A DNA stretch of 64,000 nt from Eledone cirrhosa (lineage: Eukaryota): positions 43,896,001 to 43,960,000 of the forward strand of contig OZ024742.1 in assembly GCA_964016885.1 (NCBI GenBank), read 5' to 3'. The translations under genes and the position numbers were made by a program. Of this stretch, positions 1-12,749 are shown piece by piece. Numbering within the stretch: position 1 is the stretch's first letter; the number at the start of each line of letters is the position of its first letter. The notes beneath the pieces are model-generated. The model had not been told where the DNA came from. It made no database searches and was given only the letters and a program-made list of their open reading frames with translations.

Positions 1-810
1 TATGGATGCAACATACAATCTGCCCTTCATTTTGAGGGAAAACCCTTTAGTAGTAGCTCCCTGAACTTTTTCCATCCTATTTTTGCTTTGGCTACTGTAC
101 TTTCAACACACCCATCTCCACTGCTAATTTGGCCATCCAGGTAACAGAAGCTATCAACTGTTTCTATGGAACCTTCCAAGAATTTGATAGCACTTATTTC
201 TTGTGAGTGTTTGTTACTTACTGCTCTTGTGCAATGGCCACAAGTAAAACCTATGTTCTTAGCTAACCTACCCTATATCCCACTACATCTCTTGTTTACC
301 CACCCCTTTCCTATACACTGAGTAGGGCCATTTCTTACTAGAAATTTGGTCTTTGCCAAGTTGACTTTAAGATCTTTTGATTCCAGGTTATGCTTCTAAG
401 AAAGTTTTTCTCTAGTTCTGTCTCTAGTTCTGTCATAGATTCAGCTATGAGAGTTAGATCTTTAGCATACAGGAGTTCTTATGGGCACCCTGTTTTAAAC
501 TCTTCTATTATAGCCTGGAGGATGAGAGGGCTAAGAACCTTGGTTGATCTTAACTTGCACACTAAATACCTCACTATAGTCATTAACTTTAACCTTGCTG
601 ACAACACCTCTGTACATGGCTTGTGCCACTTTCACTAGCCACTCTTGTACTGTAATCCTAGTTTCCTAAGGGCCCACCTGATTACAGAATGGGGGAACCT
701 GTCAAAAGTTTTCTCTTGGTCGACAAATGCTAAGTGGAGGGGTTTGCTTTTAGCTAGATACTTCTCCTGCAGTTGCCTCACAAGGAAGTTGGCATCCATG
801 GTATCTTTTC
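1..810 (-). mobile_element. Decayed RTE-clade LINE fragment (RT and C-terminal region)
   Basis: Minus strand shows broken RT motifs (AFVD.EK.FDRFP, LSPL..Q.IIEEFKTGCP.ELLYA.DL, LESK.LKVNLAKTK) matching the RTE copies at 43.3-44.7 kb and 61.2-62.5 kb; many stops and frameshifts. Confidence 0.85.
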
Positions 811-2054
811 CAGACTGAAATTAGCTGTTGAAAGAAGAACTCAGCTATTGGGCCCTAACTCTTTCTAATGTAGTTACATTCTACTATACCAGGTATTGAG
901 TACTCTGCTGAATAATGGTCATACTAGTTTAATGCTGGTTAAATCCTGATATAATTTGATATCCCTGTTAGTATTGTTTGGATCAGAGACACATGTGCAC
1001 ACACATACTTACACACACACATACATATAGTAATCCTACATGCACAATATGGTGAGTGGAAAAACAGTAATCGACTGAGATTATTCTCCCAGTCCACAGG
1101 TAAAATATCCCTTGAAAGGTGTAAATTCAAAAGCAGCAAGCAAATTTTAATCAACTGATATTTTAGTAGTTATTGTCCCTACTTATTGGATAAACTCAGC
1201 TGACTGAAGTTTTTGCATTCACTATATTTAGTATATGAGGCTATTGTGCATTCGTGCGCGTGTGTGTGTGTGTGTGTGCACACAACAATCTTCATGCAGA
1301 ATCCTCTTCTCAAATATTTTTACAGAAATCTATGTGCAATTCTTTTTCCTGTATATAAACAATTCTAGTCAAGCCAACTTGCAAAATGAATATGCTTTGC
1401 TGAGATCTTAATGCTTGCACTAGTTGGCATTAAGCTAAGGTCAACTCTTTACTGACTGAAATGAGTTATCCCCCCTTGCTTCTAGATTTTAAAGATGTTC
1501 AAAGGGAGGTTTTCCCTTAAAATTGGGAAGATAATCCCAGCCAAGTGAAGTTTCTCCACTTGCTATATATTTAACATAGCATATTCTGATGTATGTATAT
1601 AGCATGGAAGCAACGTAACAAATAAAAGTTGCTTCACAACCATGAGGATCCTAGTTCAATCCTGTGTGGCACCTTGGACAAGTTATTTTATTATTTTTGT
1701 TTAAATATAGCATAAGGTCAACCAAAGACTTGTGAGACTGGGTAAATGTAAACCATTTTAGAGCCTGGCAATTGGACTGTACTATGATGCAAAGGTCCAG
1801 TCTTATCATGCAATTATGTTAAGTGTACACTTCTGTGGAATATTCAGAAACTTACATATTAATTTAATGAGTAGATCATTCCATTGATCGAAAAACTGAC
1901 ATGTATATATTTAGATAGATGAGATATTACTATTAGTAATGCCATTATTCAACTTAGTATTCTAAACTTTAAGATATGTAGTGTATCTATTAATATAAAA
2001 CATGTAAGCCCTACAGTCAAGCTGAAACCGTTTTGTTACCATCGAAATGGTTTA

Positions 2055-2268
2055 AACCCTTTAGCATTTACATTACTCTATATATACTATTATATTTTCA
2101 TGGTTAAGGTTTTATCTCACATAATATCGAATGTATAAGATTTTAATATTAATTATTTTGAGAACAATATCTTAACATCAGTATGAGTAGCAAGTTACAG
2201 CAAGTTTGAACAGAAAGAGGCGAGAGAATTCTAGCTGGATATGGTCGGTTTAAATGCTAAAGGGTTAA
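2055..2268. mobile_element. piggyBac-type MITE family 1 copy
   Basis: Terminal inverted repeats CCCTTTAGCATTTA...TAAATGCTAAAGGG followed by TTAA; same internal sequence as copies at ~3170, 18190, 25092, 26710, 29177 and ~41915. Confidence 0.75.
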
Positions 2269-4655
2269 GCTTAACTGTAGTGCTTACATAATTTATATGT
2301 GTGTTTGTGTGTGTATATAGCTGAAAGGTATAATAAATGCTGTACACAATAAATTTCTTAATTCTTTGAAACTACACCAACAGATTGGAAAATAAAAACC
2401 TAACAGTTGTTGGCAACTCTGAAGGAGTAAAAGAGATAATTGCATTGGTCCTTTTTGATCACTTTGCGAGATGGAAAATAAGTTGAGGCGATACTATGCT
2501 GCTGAGGTCTAATAGCCTAAAATGCGTACATAATTACCCCTTGCTTGTAACAAAGATTAAACTGTCATCACCAATATATTCAATTTTAAGAATCTATTCT
2601 TGGTTGATTTTTTTTGAAATTATCTCCCCTTCTCTTTGGGAATGACTAACAATTACCTCGGAATGTTTTATTTCCCACCTCCCATTAAGTGGGGGATTTC
2701 AGATAATTAGAATTTAGCATATACACTGCCCTTTGGTTTTTATACACATATATGCACATGTGTTTATGTGTGTAGATAATATATGTATTTAATTCAAATA
2801 CAGTGTATTTATTTCATTATAAATACAGAAATTAAAGAGTTAGAAGAATTGTTTTTGACAATGGCCCCTTACATCTGGTAGACCTACAAACATAGCTACA
2901 TACTGATGTGCACATCATTATGTAGAGGTTTATTTTGATGTTTAGCACTGCCCTTTCTAATCCACCAATAGATTTGTAGAGCTCATAAATCGCATACTAA
3001 TAAATCTATTGTCATTGAACATACTGTACTGAACCCTTTGTCTGTGTCTAACTTTGATATGACTTTGTTAATGCTTAATGAGACCAGCCTTCGAAATACA
3101 TACAACCACAATTATATATAATCATTTAAGTAAAACCCAATGTTAAGTAATTGCTTCTACATTTGACATAACCCTTTAACATTTACATTGCTATATATTT
3201 ACTAATGTATTTTCACAGTTATGACTCCACCTCACATAACATTGAATCGATGAAATTTTGATATTATTTATTTTGAGAACAATACCATAACATCAGTATA
3301 AGTGGCCAGTAACAGCCTGTTTGAACAGGAAAAGGTGAGAGATTTCTGGTCGGATGCATCCAGTTTAAATGCTAACAGGTTAAAGCCAGCAATTTGAAGG
3401 AAAAGGGGAAAGTCGATTAAATCAACCCCAGTGTATTACTTGTGCTTTAAACATCGACCCTGTGAGGATAAAAGCAAAAGTTAACCTCGGCAGGATTTGA
3501 ATTCAGAACATAAAGGGATGTATTTATATGCCGCCAATGCTCTACTGATACTGCCAATGTTAAATAATGATGATGCTATATATTGGTTATAGTATGCTGT
3601 TTGCAGACTAGTCTCATTAGGCAACTGGGAATGTTGGCAATGAGTTCATTAAAGACTTCAGTGTGCATTAACCCTTTTGGTACCAACCCACCCAAAACTG
3701 CCTCATTTACCACTCATTTTAAAGAGTTCTTTCTTATATTAAAACCTTCCAACATAATTTTATGAGAATATTAGTCTTTAGCCCCAATCTGTTTGTCAGA
3801 GTTCTGGACCATTACACAGGAATTTAAGACTGGTTGCCCATAGGAACTATTTAGTTCTTATAGCTGGATTTGTAGATCTACAGAAAAAGTTCCAGTTGTG
3901 GAAACAAAACCTAAAATCAAAAAGCCAACCAGCAGGGAATTGACTATACCTGATATGTACTAAAGGATTAGGTAGGAATTCTATAATGCGTTAAATATAG
4001 GTAAACCAGCAGTGTAGTGGGATCGCATGCAGGCTAACAGAAAAGATAAACTTTGTTTGTGGCAGATGGAAAGAGATACTTAGTAATAAGAGTACTAGTG
4101 AAATAAATTTCTCCAATCCAGAAAAGGTTCCAAAGGAGTAGTTAATAGCTTCTATTACCTAGTTTACCTAATTAGCAGTAGAGGAGGTTGCTCTCAAAGC
4201 ATAGAAGCTAAAATATAGAACAGAGTGGAAAAGGTTCAGGAAAGTACTTTAGTTGGCAACAAGGGGATTCTCTCTCCGAGTTAAGGGTATATTGTATGTC
4301 TGTGTGTGAAATATGATGATGCCTATTAGTGAGTATGGACATATTGTTTTTTTGGTTTTTTTTGTCTATAACCATATTGCAGTTTTGGAGGTACTTTTTG
4401 TGCCAGTCACCAATCTGGTACTTTTTCAAATAGAACAAGATAAAAGGACAAAAGAAGACAAACTGCGGTGTCTGTCCTAAAACTAATCATAGCTATGGTA
4501 AAGTTAAATGCATAAACATTGTTGTTTTTGATCGAGACGAAGCCAGAATATATTTGGATTCTAGAAAAATTAGAAAACAGCTGTTCTAGTGATGAATTTT
4601 CTCATTCTCTCTCTCTCTCAATATATATATATATCTATATATATATATATATATA

Positions 4656-4840
4656 TAATGTATAAAAATCAATACAATATAATTACCTCATTACCAGAGG
4701 TTTCCCGAATGAGGCGAATACGAAATAAACGACTTCATTCGTTCGTCAGACGAGGCAATGAAGTCGTTTATTTCGTATTCGCCTCATTCGGGAAACCTCT
4801 GGTAATGAGGTAATTATATTGTATTGATTTTTATACATTA
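4656..4840. repeat. Perfect 84-bp inverted repeat with 17-nt spacer, between (TA)n tracts
   Basis: 4656-4739 is the reverse complement of 4757-4840. Confidence 0.95.
4682..4759 (-). ncRNA. Type-I hammerhead ribozyme motif
   Basis: Minus strand: AUUGCCUCGU (stem I) CUGACGA ACGAAUGA...UCAUUCGG (stem II, first pair A.G) GAAA CC-UCU-G GUA AUGAGGUAAU (stem I', 10 bp including 2 G:U). Confidence 0.75.
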
Positions 4841-4932
4841 AATTTTGCTCTGATACTTACATAGAGCACTCTTCATTTCTATGACCTTTTCTGTTTCCAA
4901 CGGAAATTTCAATACTTATATATATATATATA

Positions 4933-5250
4933 TGTGATGTGTTGTTTCCTTGAGCAAGACACTTTATTTCACATTGCTCCAGTTTACTCAGCTGTAGAAA
5001 TGAGATGATAGGGACTGGGGTCCCTATCATTCCACTGCAAAGTGGTCGCGGAGGTGCCACGGCAAAAAAGCACCCAACACTCACTGTAAAGTGGATGAGT
5101 AGGCGCCACAGATACAAAGCACCCAGCACTCACTGTAAATGAGGTTGGTGTTAGGAAGGGCATCCAGCTGTAGAAATAAGGCCAGAATCAGTTCCCGTCC
5201 CACCCTAGCAAGCAGGGAAAAGCGGACGTAAAATGATGATGACGATGATG
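4933..5250 (+). mobile_element. 5'-truncated tRNA-derived SINE (family A) with RTE-like tail and (GAT)n end
   Basis: Very similar to 19193-19440; CORE-like CTTGAGCAAGACACTTTATTTCAC block; tail GGTTGGTGTTAGGAAGGGCATCCAGCTGTAGAA...GGACGTAAAATGATGATG. Confidence 0.8.
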
Positions 5251-5752
5251 TATATTAGAGAGAAAGAGAGAGAGGGATTTGTTCACACAAAACAAAAGAA
5301 TCTTGATTGTAAGGGGAAGAAGGCTTAAAACTTTGTCTTGCAATCTGTCAATCTGTAGCGAATCACCTTAAATCTTTCTTTTATGTTCATTTAATCCTTA
5401 ATGTTGGTGTATTAATTATATAACTAAGAGAATGTGATAGTATTAAGTGAAATGATTAGTGTGTTATCTAGACGTGTTAAGTTTAACAAGTTGGTCTTAT
5501 TGATATGCTTTTACGTTAGACATAAATATCCATTCTCTCTCGCCATGATTAGCTGACTTTATCCCTTATTCATTAAATTCCATCTTCTTTATATAAATAA
5601 ATAAATATAGCTACCTCGGAGTTCGCTTTGTTTATCAACGTACGTAGCATCTCCTCTCTAATTAAGACACTCATACTTGTCAGTATTTCGCAACATTCAC
5701 ACACGTTAACAACGCTCACACATCCTTCCTTCCTATTTTTCATAAGCAGTGG

Positions 5753-5756
<4 letters not shown>

Positions 5757-5809
<53 letters not shown>
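5757..5809. repeat. (TAT)n microsatellite
   Basis: Direct reading; explains the poly-Tyr ORF at 5628-5810. Confidence 0.95.
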
Positions 5810-5811
<2 letters not shown>

Positions 5812-6042
5812 AAAGTACCAGTAATGCACTGGGTAATTGCTGGCCTTGTGCCAAAAAGTAGAAACAATTATTATTATTACGTAGTGGATCGGCAGTATCA
5901 GTAGAGCGTCAGACACCTTTACGTTCTGCGTTTAAATCCCGCTGAGGTTAACTTTTGTCATTCATCCTTACGGGGCCGATGAAATAAAGCACCAGTAATG
6001 CACTAGAGTAATTGTTGGCCTTGTGCCAAAAGTAGAAACAAT
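5810..6042 (+). mobile_element. SINE family B fragments (two in tandem)
   Basis: TTCATCCTTACGGGG..GATGAAATAAAG..CCAGTAATGCAC..GGCCTTGTGCCAAAA..GAAAC blocks shared with many copies in the window. Confidence 0.7.
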
Positions 6043-6149
6043 GTTTACATTTCTATGAATATAATAATATAATGCTTACAGAATGAAAATATAAACATAA
6101 TAAATTTAATTAATTATTGCTAGGAACCTTATAATGCACAAGATCAAAG

Positions 6150-6385
6150 CGAGAGAAAAAAAAAAACATCAAAAAACACCACCAAGTGCATCAATCAGTC
6201 ACACACCACAACAAGGGTCATCGAACATTTTTGAGGCAACCCTACATGCTCGTAGCATTGCCGCGAGTGATGGCGAGGCTGAGGCGATGAAACGGTGAGT
6301 CGAGCCACTAACAGAGACAAGAACTCCACTGTCAGTGGCCCAGCACTACAAAAGGTTTCGAACGCCAACAGGCTGGAAAACGTGT
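6150..6385 (-). mobile_element. 3' end of CRE-clade non-LTR retrotransposon (endonuclease C-terminus plus UTR)
   Basis: Minus strand reads LLAFETFCSAGPLTVEFLSLLVARL, then (frameshifted) FHRLSLAITRGNATSM; homologous to 48740-49010. Confidence 0.7.
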
Positions 6386-7195
6386 AAAGAGAACTCAATC
6401 TTGTGAGAAGTTGTTTCTACATAGGCCGATTTTTACGTGTGTGTGTGATTTAACGTCCGTTTGCCTTGCTAGCAAAGTTTGAATAGGTTATCACAGACCA
6501 AGTCAGCATTTATGTATGTGTGAATATATTTATTTGTTTATGTATATACTATACGGGTAAAAGTTCAGGTGAAGAAAGTTATGTTAACAGAATTTCAAGC
6601 TGAATGTGGTACCACAATTAGCAAACTTAAATGTCTTCATTTATATGTATGTGTATATACATATGTATGAAATGTATGTATATCTATATATGAATTGTAT
6701 GTATGTATGTATGTATGTATGTATGTATGTATGTATATATAATTATATACAGTATATATGTGTGTGTGTGTAGCCAAAGCAATATATATAATTCACTCCG
6801 TTTCTAAACATTTCTATATTTAGCGCCAGTTTCCCTGACTTCATTTCGATTTTCTCATTTTAATATTATTTCCGAAATATAATACTTGTCTAAATATATT
6901 CTGACAACGCTGCTATGTTTAGAAGGTTAGACATTGTATGAAGAACGTGCGTTAAACATATTGAAAAATATAATATATTACATGGATATCATTCTCTAGG
7001 TGGTTTGATTTTATTTTATTTGAAAAACGGTGTTCATAAAATAGATTTAGATAAGACTGTATGAAATGCTTAGCAAAACATCTAAGCTATTTTCGGTTTA
7101 ATATGACATGTTTAACCCCACGCGTCAGTATCACTGAGCAGCTCTATTGCCAAACGTGTACTGGCCGTGACCATCCATTTCCCACCGGACATATA

Positions 7196-7333
7196 CAGTG
7201 AAATTCTGTTATAACGAAATTCACGTGGCATAAAAAAAATTCTTTATAACGAGATCGACCAAAACACATGTGTGGCAGAGGATTGAAAACAAATTTCCTT
7301 ATAATGGTATTCGTTATAAGGGAATGTTACCTG
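7196..7333. mobile_element. Tc1/pogo-type MITE
   Basis: TA-CAGTGAAATTCTGTTATAACGAA ... TTCGTTATAAGGGAATGTTACCTG-TA imperfect TIRs. Confidence 0.55.
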
Positions 7334-7411
7334 TATTTGGAACTGTTTATTTCTTTACCATATTTCTAATGCAATTTTACGTTTGAAAATAATCAAGAAT
7401 TTGGAAGGGTT

Positions 7412-7872
7412 TGTGGTAAAATGATGTATCCTAGTTGGATTGTTTATCGACATAGACGTGAGGGAAGGTCCCTCGTCTATTTACCATTTTTGTAAGTGAG
7501 AATTATAACAAAGTGAGTGGGTGTGTGCGTAAACAAGACAATAACCACAACGAGTTATATTCAACAAATGTAAATAATGGTGATGTTTATTTTGTTTATA
7601 TGTGTTTATTATATTACAAATGGAACATACCAAATATAGACGCGGTCAGTTGTGGTGAAAGGAACGTATTACAATTACAAAGGTATTGTGGGGTTTGCTG
7701 TTTGCTGTTCCTTTGGCTGTTTATCGTTTCGTGGTACAGAGGCAGTTTTCTGTGGCGTGTGTTTAGTCTGCTTTCCCGTGGCTGTCTGTGTTTACCTCTG
7801 GTGTTCTCAACCAGGGGTAGACAACTAGGGTTGTTCCATTATCCGCTAGGAGGCGTGAGGCGTCTTACTACA
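7412..7872 (-). repeat. 3' LTR (461 bp)
   Basis: Direct repeat of 12303-12749; preceded on the minus strand by purine-rich GGCAGGGGATAC (7873-7884). Confidence 0.95.
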
Positions 7873-8092
7873 GTATCCCCTGCCAGATTTTCAAATCATC
7901 GAAAATCGATGTTATTACTCACACGTGGAGTAAGATGGCGAACAATGCAACAAGGAGGAGCTATTCGCTCTACCAATCATTAAATCCAAAATAAGGAGTT
8001 GAAAAATGTTTAAAAAAAACATGCATGCATAAAAAAAGGGCAAAGAAAAAGCAGAAACACAGAGGCAAAACAAAAGGTGCAGCTAACATAGT

Positions 8093-10920
8093 CTAAATAT
8101 AGACGGTGCTGCAAAATTTTTGGGGCCAGTGGACCCTACGACCTGAACGAGTCGTGGTCTTGTAACGTGGCGATGGTGGTGGTGTAGGGACAGGCGATGA
8201 TGGTGGTTCAGGAACAGGCGTTCGCTCAACAGGCAAATACGAAGGGGTTCGTGGATCAGGAACCACAGCGTCCGTGTCAAGGTGTGCCTGCTTAAGCCTG
8301 TCTATTGTAACTGTCTCCCTGGACCCTTTAATATCTAAAGTGAAATGCTTAGCCGAGCGCGCTAAGACACGGTAAGGTCCAGTGTAAGGCTGTGTGAGCG
8401 GGGGGCTTCACAGAATCTTTCCTTACAAAGTCATGTGTCCACGAGGCAACATCCCTCGGGACAGCAGTCTTGACAGTTTGTTTCCTAGTGTCCATTGGCG
8501 GCAAATCCTGGAAATAGGAGTGCAAACGGGACACGTAGGAAACGTGATCTTGGGCATCGAGATCGATAGGGGCAAGCATTTGCCCGGGCAACGTCAGAGG
8601 GGCACCGTACAGTACTCCGGCCGGTGAAAATCCAAAGTCGACCTTCACCGTTGACCGAATCCCTAGTAGCACAATAGGGAGGTACTCGCTCCAATGCGCC
8701 GAGTCCATTGAGGCCATTAAGGAGGCCTTCAGTTGGCGGTGAAAACGCTCCACCATACCATTCGAAGCGGGATGGTACGCCGTAGTTCTAATGCGTTTAG
8801 CACCAATTAATTTTGACAGTTCGAAGAAAAGGCTCGACTCAAACTGTTGTCCACGGTCGGTAGTTATTGTGGATGGAACTCCATAACGAGAGATCCATCC
8901 AGACAAGAGCACGCGCTGTTGTCTCAGCGGTGATGTTTTTCAAGGGGATGGCCTCAGGCCATCTCGAAAAACGGTCAATTATGGTCAGCAGATAAGAATA
9001 ACCATCGCTGACAGGCCAAGGTCCCACTATATCAATATGAATGTGCGAAAAACGCGCATCTGGGTTAGTAAAGGTACCCAGGGGAGCCTTGACGTGTCGA
9101 TGGACCTTTGATCTCTGGCAAGCGACGCAGGAACGGCACCAAACAGCAATTTCACGCCTCATATTAGGCCAGAAAAATCTAGCTGATATGAGCTTTGCTG
9201 TGGCAGAAGATCCTGGATGCGAGAAACCATGTAATGCCAGAAACACAGTCCGACGATGATTCTCTGGAACGAAGGGCCTAGGCACGTCCAAAGAGACGAC
9301 GTAGAGAATTTGGCCAACTGCAGTCGACAGAGGCAAGAATTTCGTCTCGCAATTCACAAACTCGGGCGATGTAACATCCAATGACTCAAGGGGAGGCTGA
9401 TCCGCAGCCAAACGAGTCAGATCTATGTCAGAGGATGACGAGATCGCTGTCACGGGTAAGCGGGACAAAGCATCGGCCGCTGTATTTAGTGAACCCGGAA
9501 TGTGTTGGATATCATTTGTATATTGCGAGATGAAATCAAGGTGTCTCGTCTCTCTGGGCGAGTATTTATCAGCCTTTGCTCTCAACGCAAAAGTCAATGG
9601 TTTATGGTCAGTGAGGATAGTAAATAGTCTACCGTCTAGCATATGTGAAAAATGTTTCACGGCAAATAGATGGCCAAAAGCTCTCTTCCAAAGGTGCTGT
9701 AGTGCATCTCAGCAGGTTTCAGCTTTCTGGAAAAAAACTCCAGCGGTTGCTGGTAACCATTGATATTTTGCTGTAGCACTGCGCCCACAGCGATATCCGA
9801 TGCATCAACACAAAGCGTTAGCTTTGCACTGGGTACAGGGTGAGTCAGTAACGAAGCATTAGCCAAAGCAGTTTTGGCGTGCTGAAAATCAGCAAGTTGA
9901 GCCTCGTTCAAAGAAATGTCTTTGTTCCTCTTCCGACAATTTTTTAAAATTTCTGTCAGGGAGAAAAGCAATCTTGCACAATTTGGCACGAAACGCCTAT
10001 AAAAGTTAACCAGGCCTAAGAACTGGCGTAACTATAGCCGTTTTTGGAATGTCATTTTTATGGACAGGAATTTGATGGTACGCACGAATTAAATCCAGTT
10101 TGCAGAATATCTTGCATCCCTGCAACGAAGACGCAAAGTCTTGCAGATGAGGGATAGGATAACGGTCCGGTTCCGTTATTGAATTTAAGCGTTGATAATC
10201 TCCAGTAGGTCTCCAATCGCCAGTCGCTTTCGGTACCATGTGTAATGGGGACGCCCACGGGCTCGTGGACGGACGAATAATCCCCAACTGCAGCATATGA
10301 TCAAATTCTAATCGTGCTGCTTTGAGTTTGTCCGGAGGCAAGCGACGAGGACGAGAAAAAACGGGAGCACCAGTTGTAGATATGAAGTGCTCCGTGGTAT
10401 GAGTTGGCTCATCAACTCGAAAATTTCCCTGAGTCAGTTGCGGGAACGAGTTCAACAACGCATGGTAAGTATCACCGGTGTTAGCAAGAAAAAAGGTCGG
10501 GCTAACCGTTGGAACTCCTGCTGCCTTGCCAATAACAGTTAAACCAGTGATGCCATCAATTAGGTGCTTACGACGGAGGTCCACCGTCAATGAAAAATGG
10601 TGGAGAAAATCCGCGCCTAGAATCGGATACGGCAAGGCAGCGACAGTAAATATCCATTTAAATTCACGCCGCAGATTACGGAACTGCAAAGGTAGCGAGA
10701 TTTGTCCGAAGGTTCGAATCGGCGAACAATTTACTGCCTGCAACTCAATAGGTGTCTCAGGGGGAGTCTCCTTCATACAACACCCAGGCCATACTGAACA
10801 AACTGCACCTGTGTCCACCAGAAAGGCTCTACCTGATAGCAGGTCCTCAATGAAAAAGTGGCGGTTGGATGATGTTTCGCAGAGCGCACTATCCGCCGTT
10901 AGTGACTCTGGTCGTCGTTT
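8093..10920 (-). pseudogene. pol: Gypsy pol (protease, RT with internal deletion, RNase H, integrase), frameshifted
   Basis: FLVDTGA protease; [31 protein letters not shown]; VDASDIAVGAVLQQ and TDHKPL RNase H; [31 protein letters not shown] integrase. Split over ORFs 10006-10935, 9657-9989, 8839-9660 and 8349-8912. Confidence 0.95.
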
Positions 10921-11668
10921 CCCATGTAAGCACAAGGAGGCCTACAACGGGCGGCTTTGTCACCATATTTGTCATGGTAATAACAATATGGTGGTTTTGG
11001 TGTTTTGGAAGGGCTACGGTGGCGAGGAGTTGAATAACATCGTGAGCAGCTCCTCTGCCGTCCAAAAGACCTGAATTCCTGGCACAACTCCGCCATTTGA
11101 CGAGTCATGGCTTCCATTGTGGTGACTAATTTCTCATCACTCGCTGATAGCGTGAATGAGGAAGAGAAGAGGAAGCAACGTACTTTGGCTTCGAAGTGTC
11201 TCTCTTTGTCACTTCTACAATTTTGTCAGCAGAGACAGCAATGTGGTCGAGGGTATTTACCTCTAGCATATGGGCTAGGATCGCCTGTACCTCTTGAGGT
11301 AGGCGAGAGAAGAACAATTGCTTCAGGAAAGGGCTATCCTGATAATCGCTCAATTCCCGCAAATGCCGGAGAAAAGCAGTAGGGATCCTGTCACCTAATC
11401 GTTCGTCCTCGATCAATGACCGAAAACGACTCTCTACCGACTTACAGTTCCTTCTCAAGATCTCGCCTTTTAAAGACTCATACGTTAAGTCAGAGGGGGG
11501 GTCTGTAATTAGGTCTTGGACCGAATCTGCTAGATTAGGGGGAAGTCCGCTAATCAAGACAGCGAGGCGCTGGTCAGACTCGGTCTTACAGACCGTAAAA
11601 TACGCCTGTAGCTGGGCCAACCACAGCTTAGGGTTTCCGGTAAAGGCGGGCAAATGTGGCGCATTCAT
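10899..11668 (-). pseudogene. gag: Gypsy gag with CHCC zinc knuckle (one frameshift near 11.13 kb)
   Basis: MNAPHLPAFTGNPKLWLAQLQAYF...YESLKGEIL...LGDRIPTAFLRHL; continues in ORF 10899-11117 with [18 protein letters not shown]. Confidence 0.9.
10917..10923 (-). promoter_or_regulatory. Candidate -1 ribosomal frameshift heptamer G GGA AAC at the gag/pol overlap
   Basis: gag reads ATG GGA AAC GAC; pol reads GGG AAA CGA in the -1 frame; fits the X XXY YYZ pattern. Confidence 0.7.
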
Positions 11669-12288
11669 GGTAAAACGTTTAAAATAAAAAAAAATATATA
11701 TATATATAAACAGCAATTAATGTACCCTCGCACAGGGAAAAGCAATGAAAGGTCAAAAAGAAAGACATTCAAAACATTAGGAAATAGGAAAAATACATAA
11801 AATACATATATATATTTTTAAAAAAAAAAAAATTTTCCTTCAACGTCTGTCCCCTTTTGTTGCTTCAACGGGCCAGTAAATCAAATAACCCGTGAAAATG
11901 AGGGAAAAAAAAATGTTTGTCTTAGAATATATCCACGTTGGATATCAACAATAGGTAGCCTGTGGCTAAAAATCCCTTAGGAAAAAAGTAAGGCATGTGT
12001 ATCCCCTGCGGGGCAGTAATGTTCACAAAAAAGTTTTTTTCCCTTGATCAGTTATGGAACACACACGTAATTGAAAATGTCCCTGTCCTGGCGGAAAATT
12101 ACAAAACGGGGAAGGAAAGCAACGCCATCTTGGAAAAATTTTTTGGCTGGTTTGTATACCTTGTCAATACGGTATAAACACTTTATTATTTCTCTGTCTT
12201 CTTTTTGTATTTTCGTAAGTTGCGAAAAGGTTGGCAACGTGGTAATAACAGTGAAGTTCAATGAATAAAAAGGCTGCGTAAAATTCTT

Positions 12289-12301
12289 ACGTCGGTCACC
12301 A
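12289..12301 (-). promoter_or_regulatory. Primer binding site, tRNA-Trp-like
   Basis: TGGTGACCGACGT one base after the 5' LTR; equals the canonical Trp PBS TGGTGACCCCGACGT minus two C. Confidence 0.8.
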
Positions 12302-12302
12302 G

Positions 12303-12749
12303 TGTGGTAAAATGATGTATCCTAGTTGGATTGTTTATCGACATAGACGTGAGGGAAGGTCCCTCGTCTATTTACCATTTTTGTAAGTGAGAATTATAAC
12401 AAAGTGAGTGGGTGTGTGCGTAAACAAGACAATAACCACAACGAGAGTTATATTCAACAAATGTAAATAATGGTGATGTTTATTTTGTTTATGTGTTTAT
12501 TATATTACAAATGGAACATACCAAATATAGACACGGTCAGTTGTGGTGAAAGGAGCGTATTACAATTACAAAGGTATTGTGGGGTTTGCTGTTTGCTGTT
12601 CCTTTGGCTGTTTATCGTTTCGTGGTACAGAGGCAGTTTTCTGTGGCGTGTGTTTAGTCTGCTTTCCCGTGGCTGTCTGTGTTTACCTCTGGTGTTCTCA
12701 ACCAGGGTTGTTCCATTATCCGCCAGGAGGCGTGAGGCATCTTACTACA
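12303..12749 (-). repeat. 5' LTR (447 bp)
   Basis: By eye differs from the other LTR by 4 substitutions and 3 indels (2, 2 and 14 bp). Confidence 0.95.

Larger units (their letters stand above)
7412..12749 (-). mobile_element. Full-length defective Ty3/Gypsy LTR retrotransposon (CsRn1-like lineage)
   Basis: Two TG...CA LTRs; 4-bp TSD GGTT (7408-7411 and 12750-12753); tRNA-Trp-like PBS; purine tract; gag with CHCC knuckle; PR-RT-RH-INT domain order. Confidence 0.97.

Noticed and set aside
4841-4885. Second minus-strand hammerhead (ATGAAGA GTGCTCT...AGAGCA AAA)
   Set aside because: Both core segments are mutated; better explained as the plus-strand conserved downstream motif.
7513-7983. Hydrophobic ORF in the LTR (env-like or antisense gene?)
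   Set aside because: Antisense to the element, GTG start, and the frame is not preserved between the two LTRs because of indels.
10478-11074. 198-aa plus-strand ORF and similar ones at 8394, 9041, 9425, 61147 and 61564
   Set aside because: Antisense shadows of retroelement coding frames.
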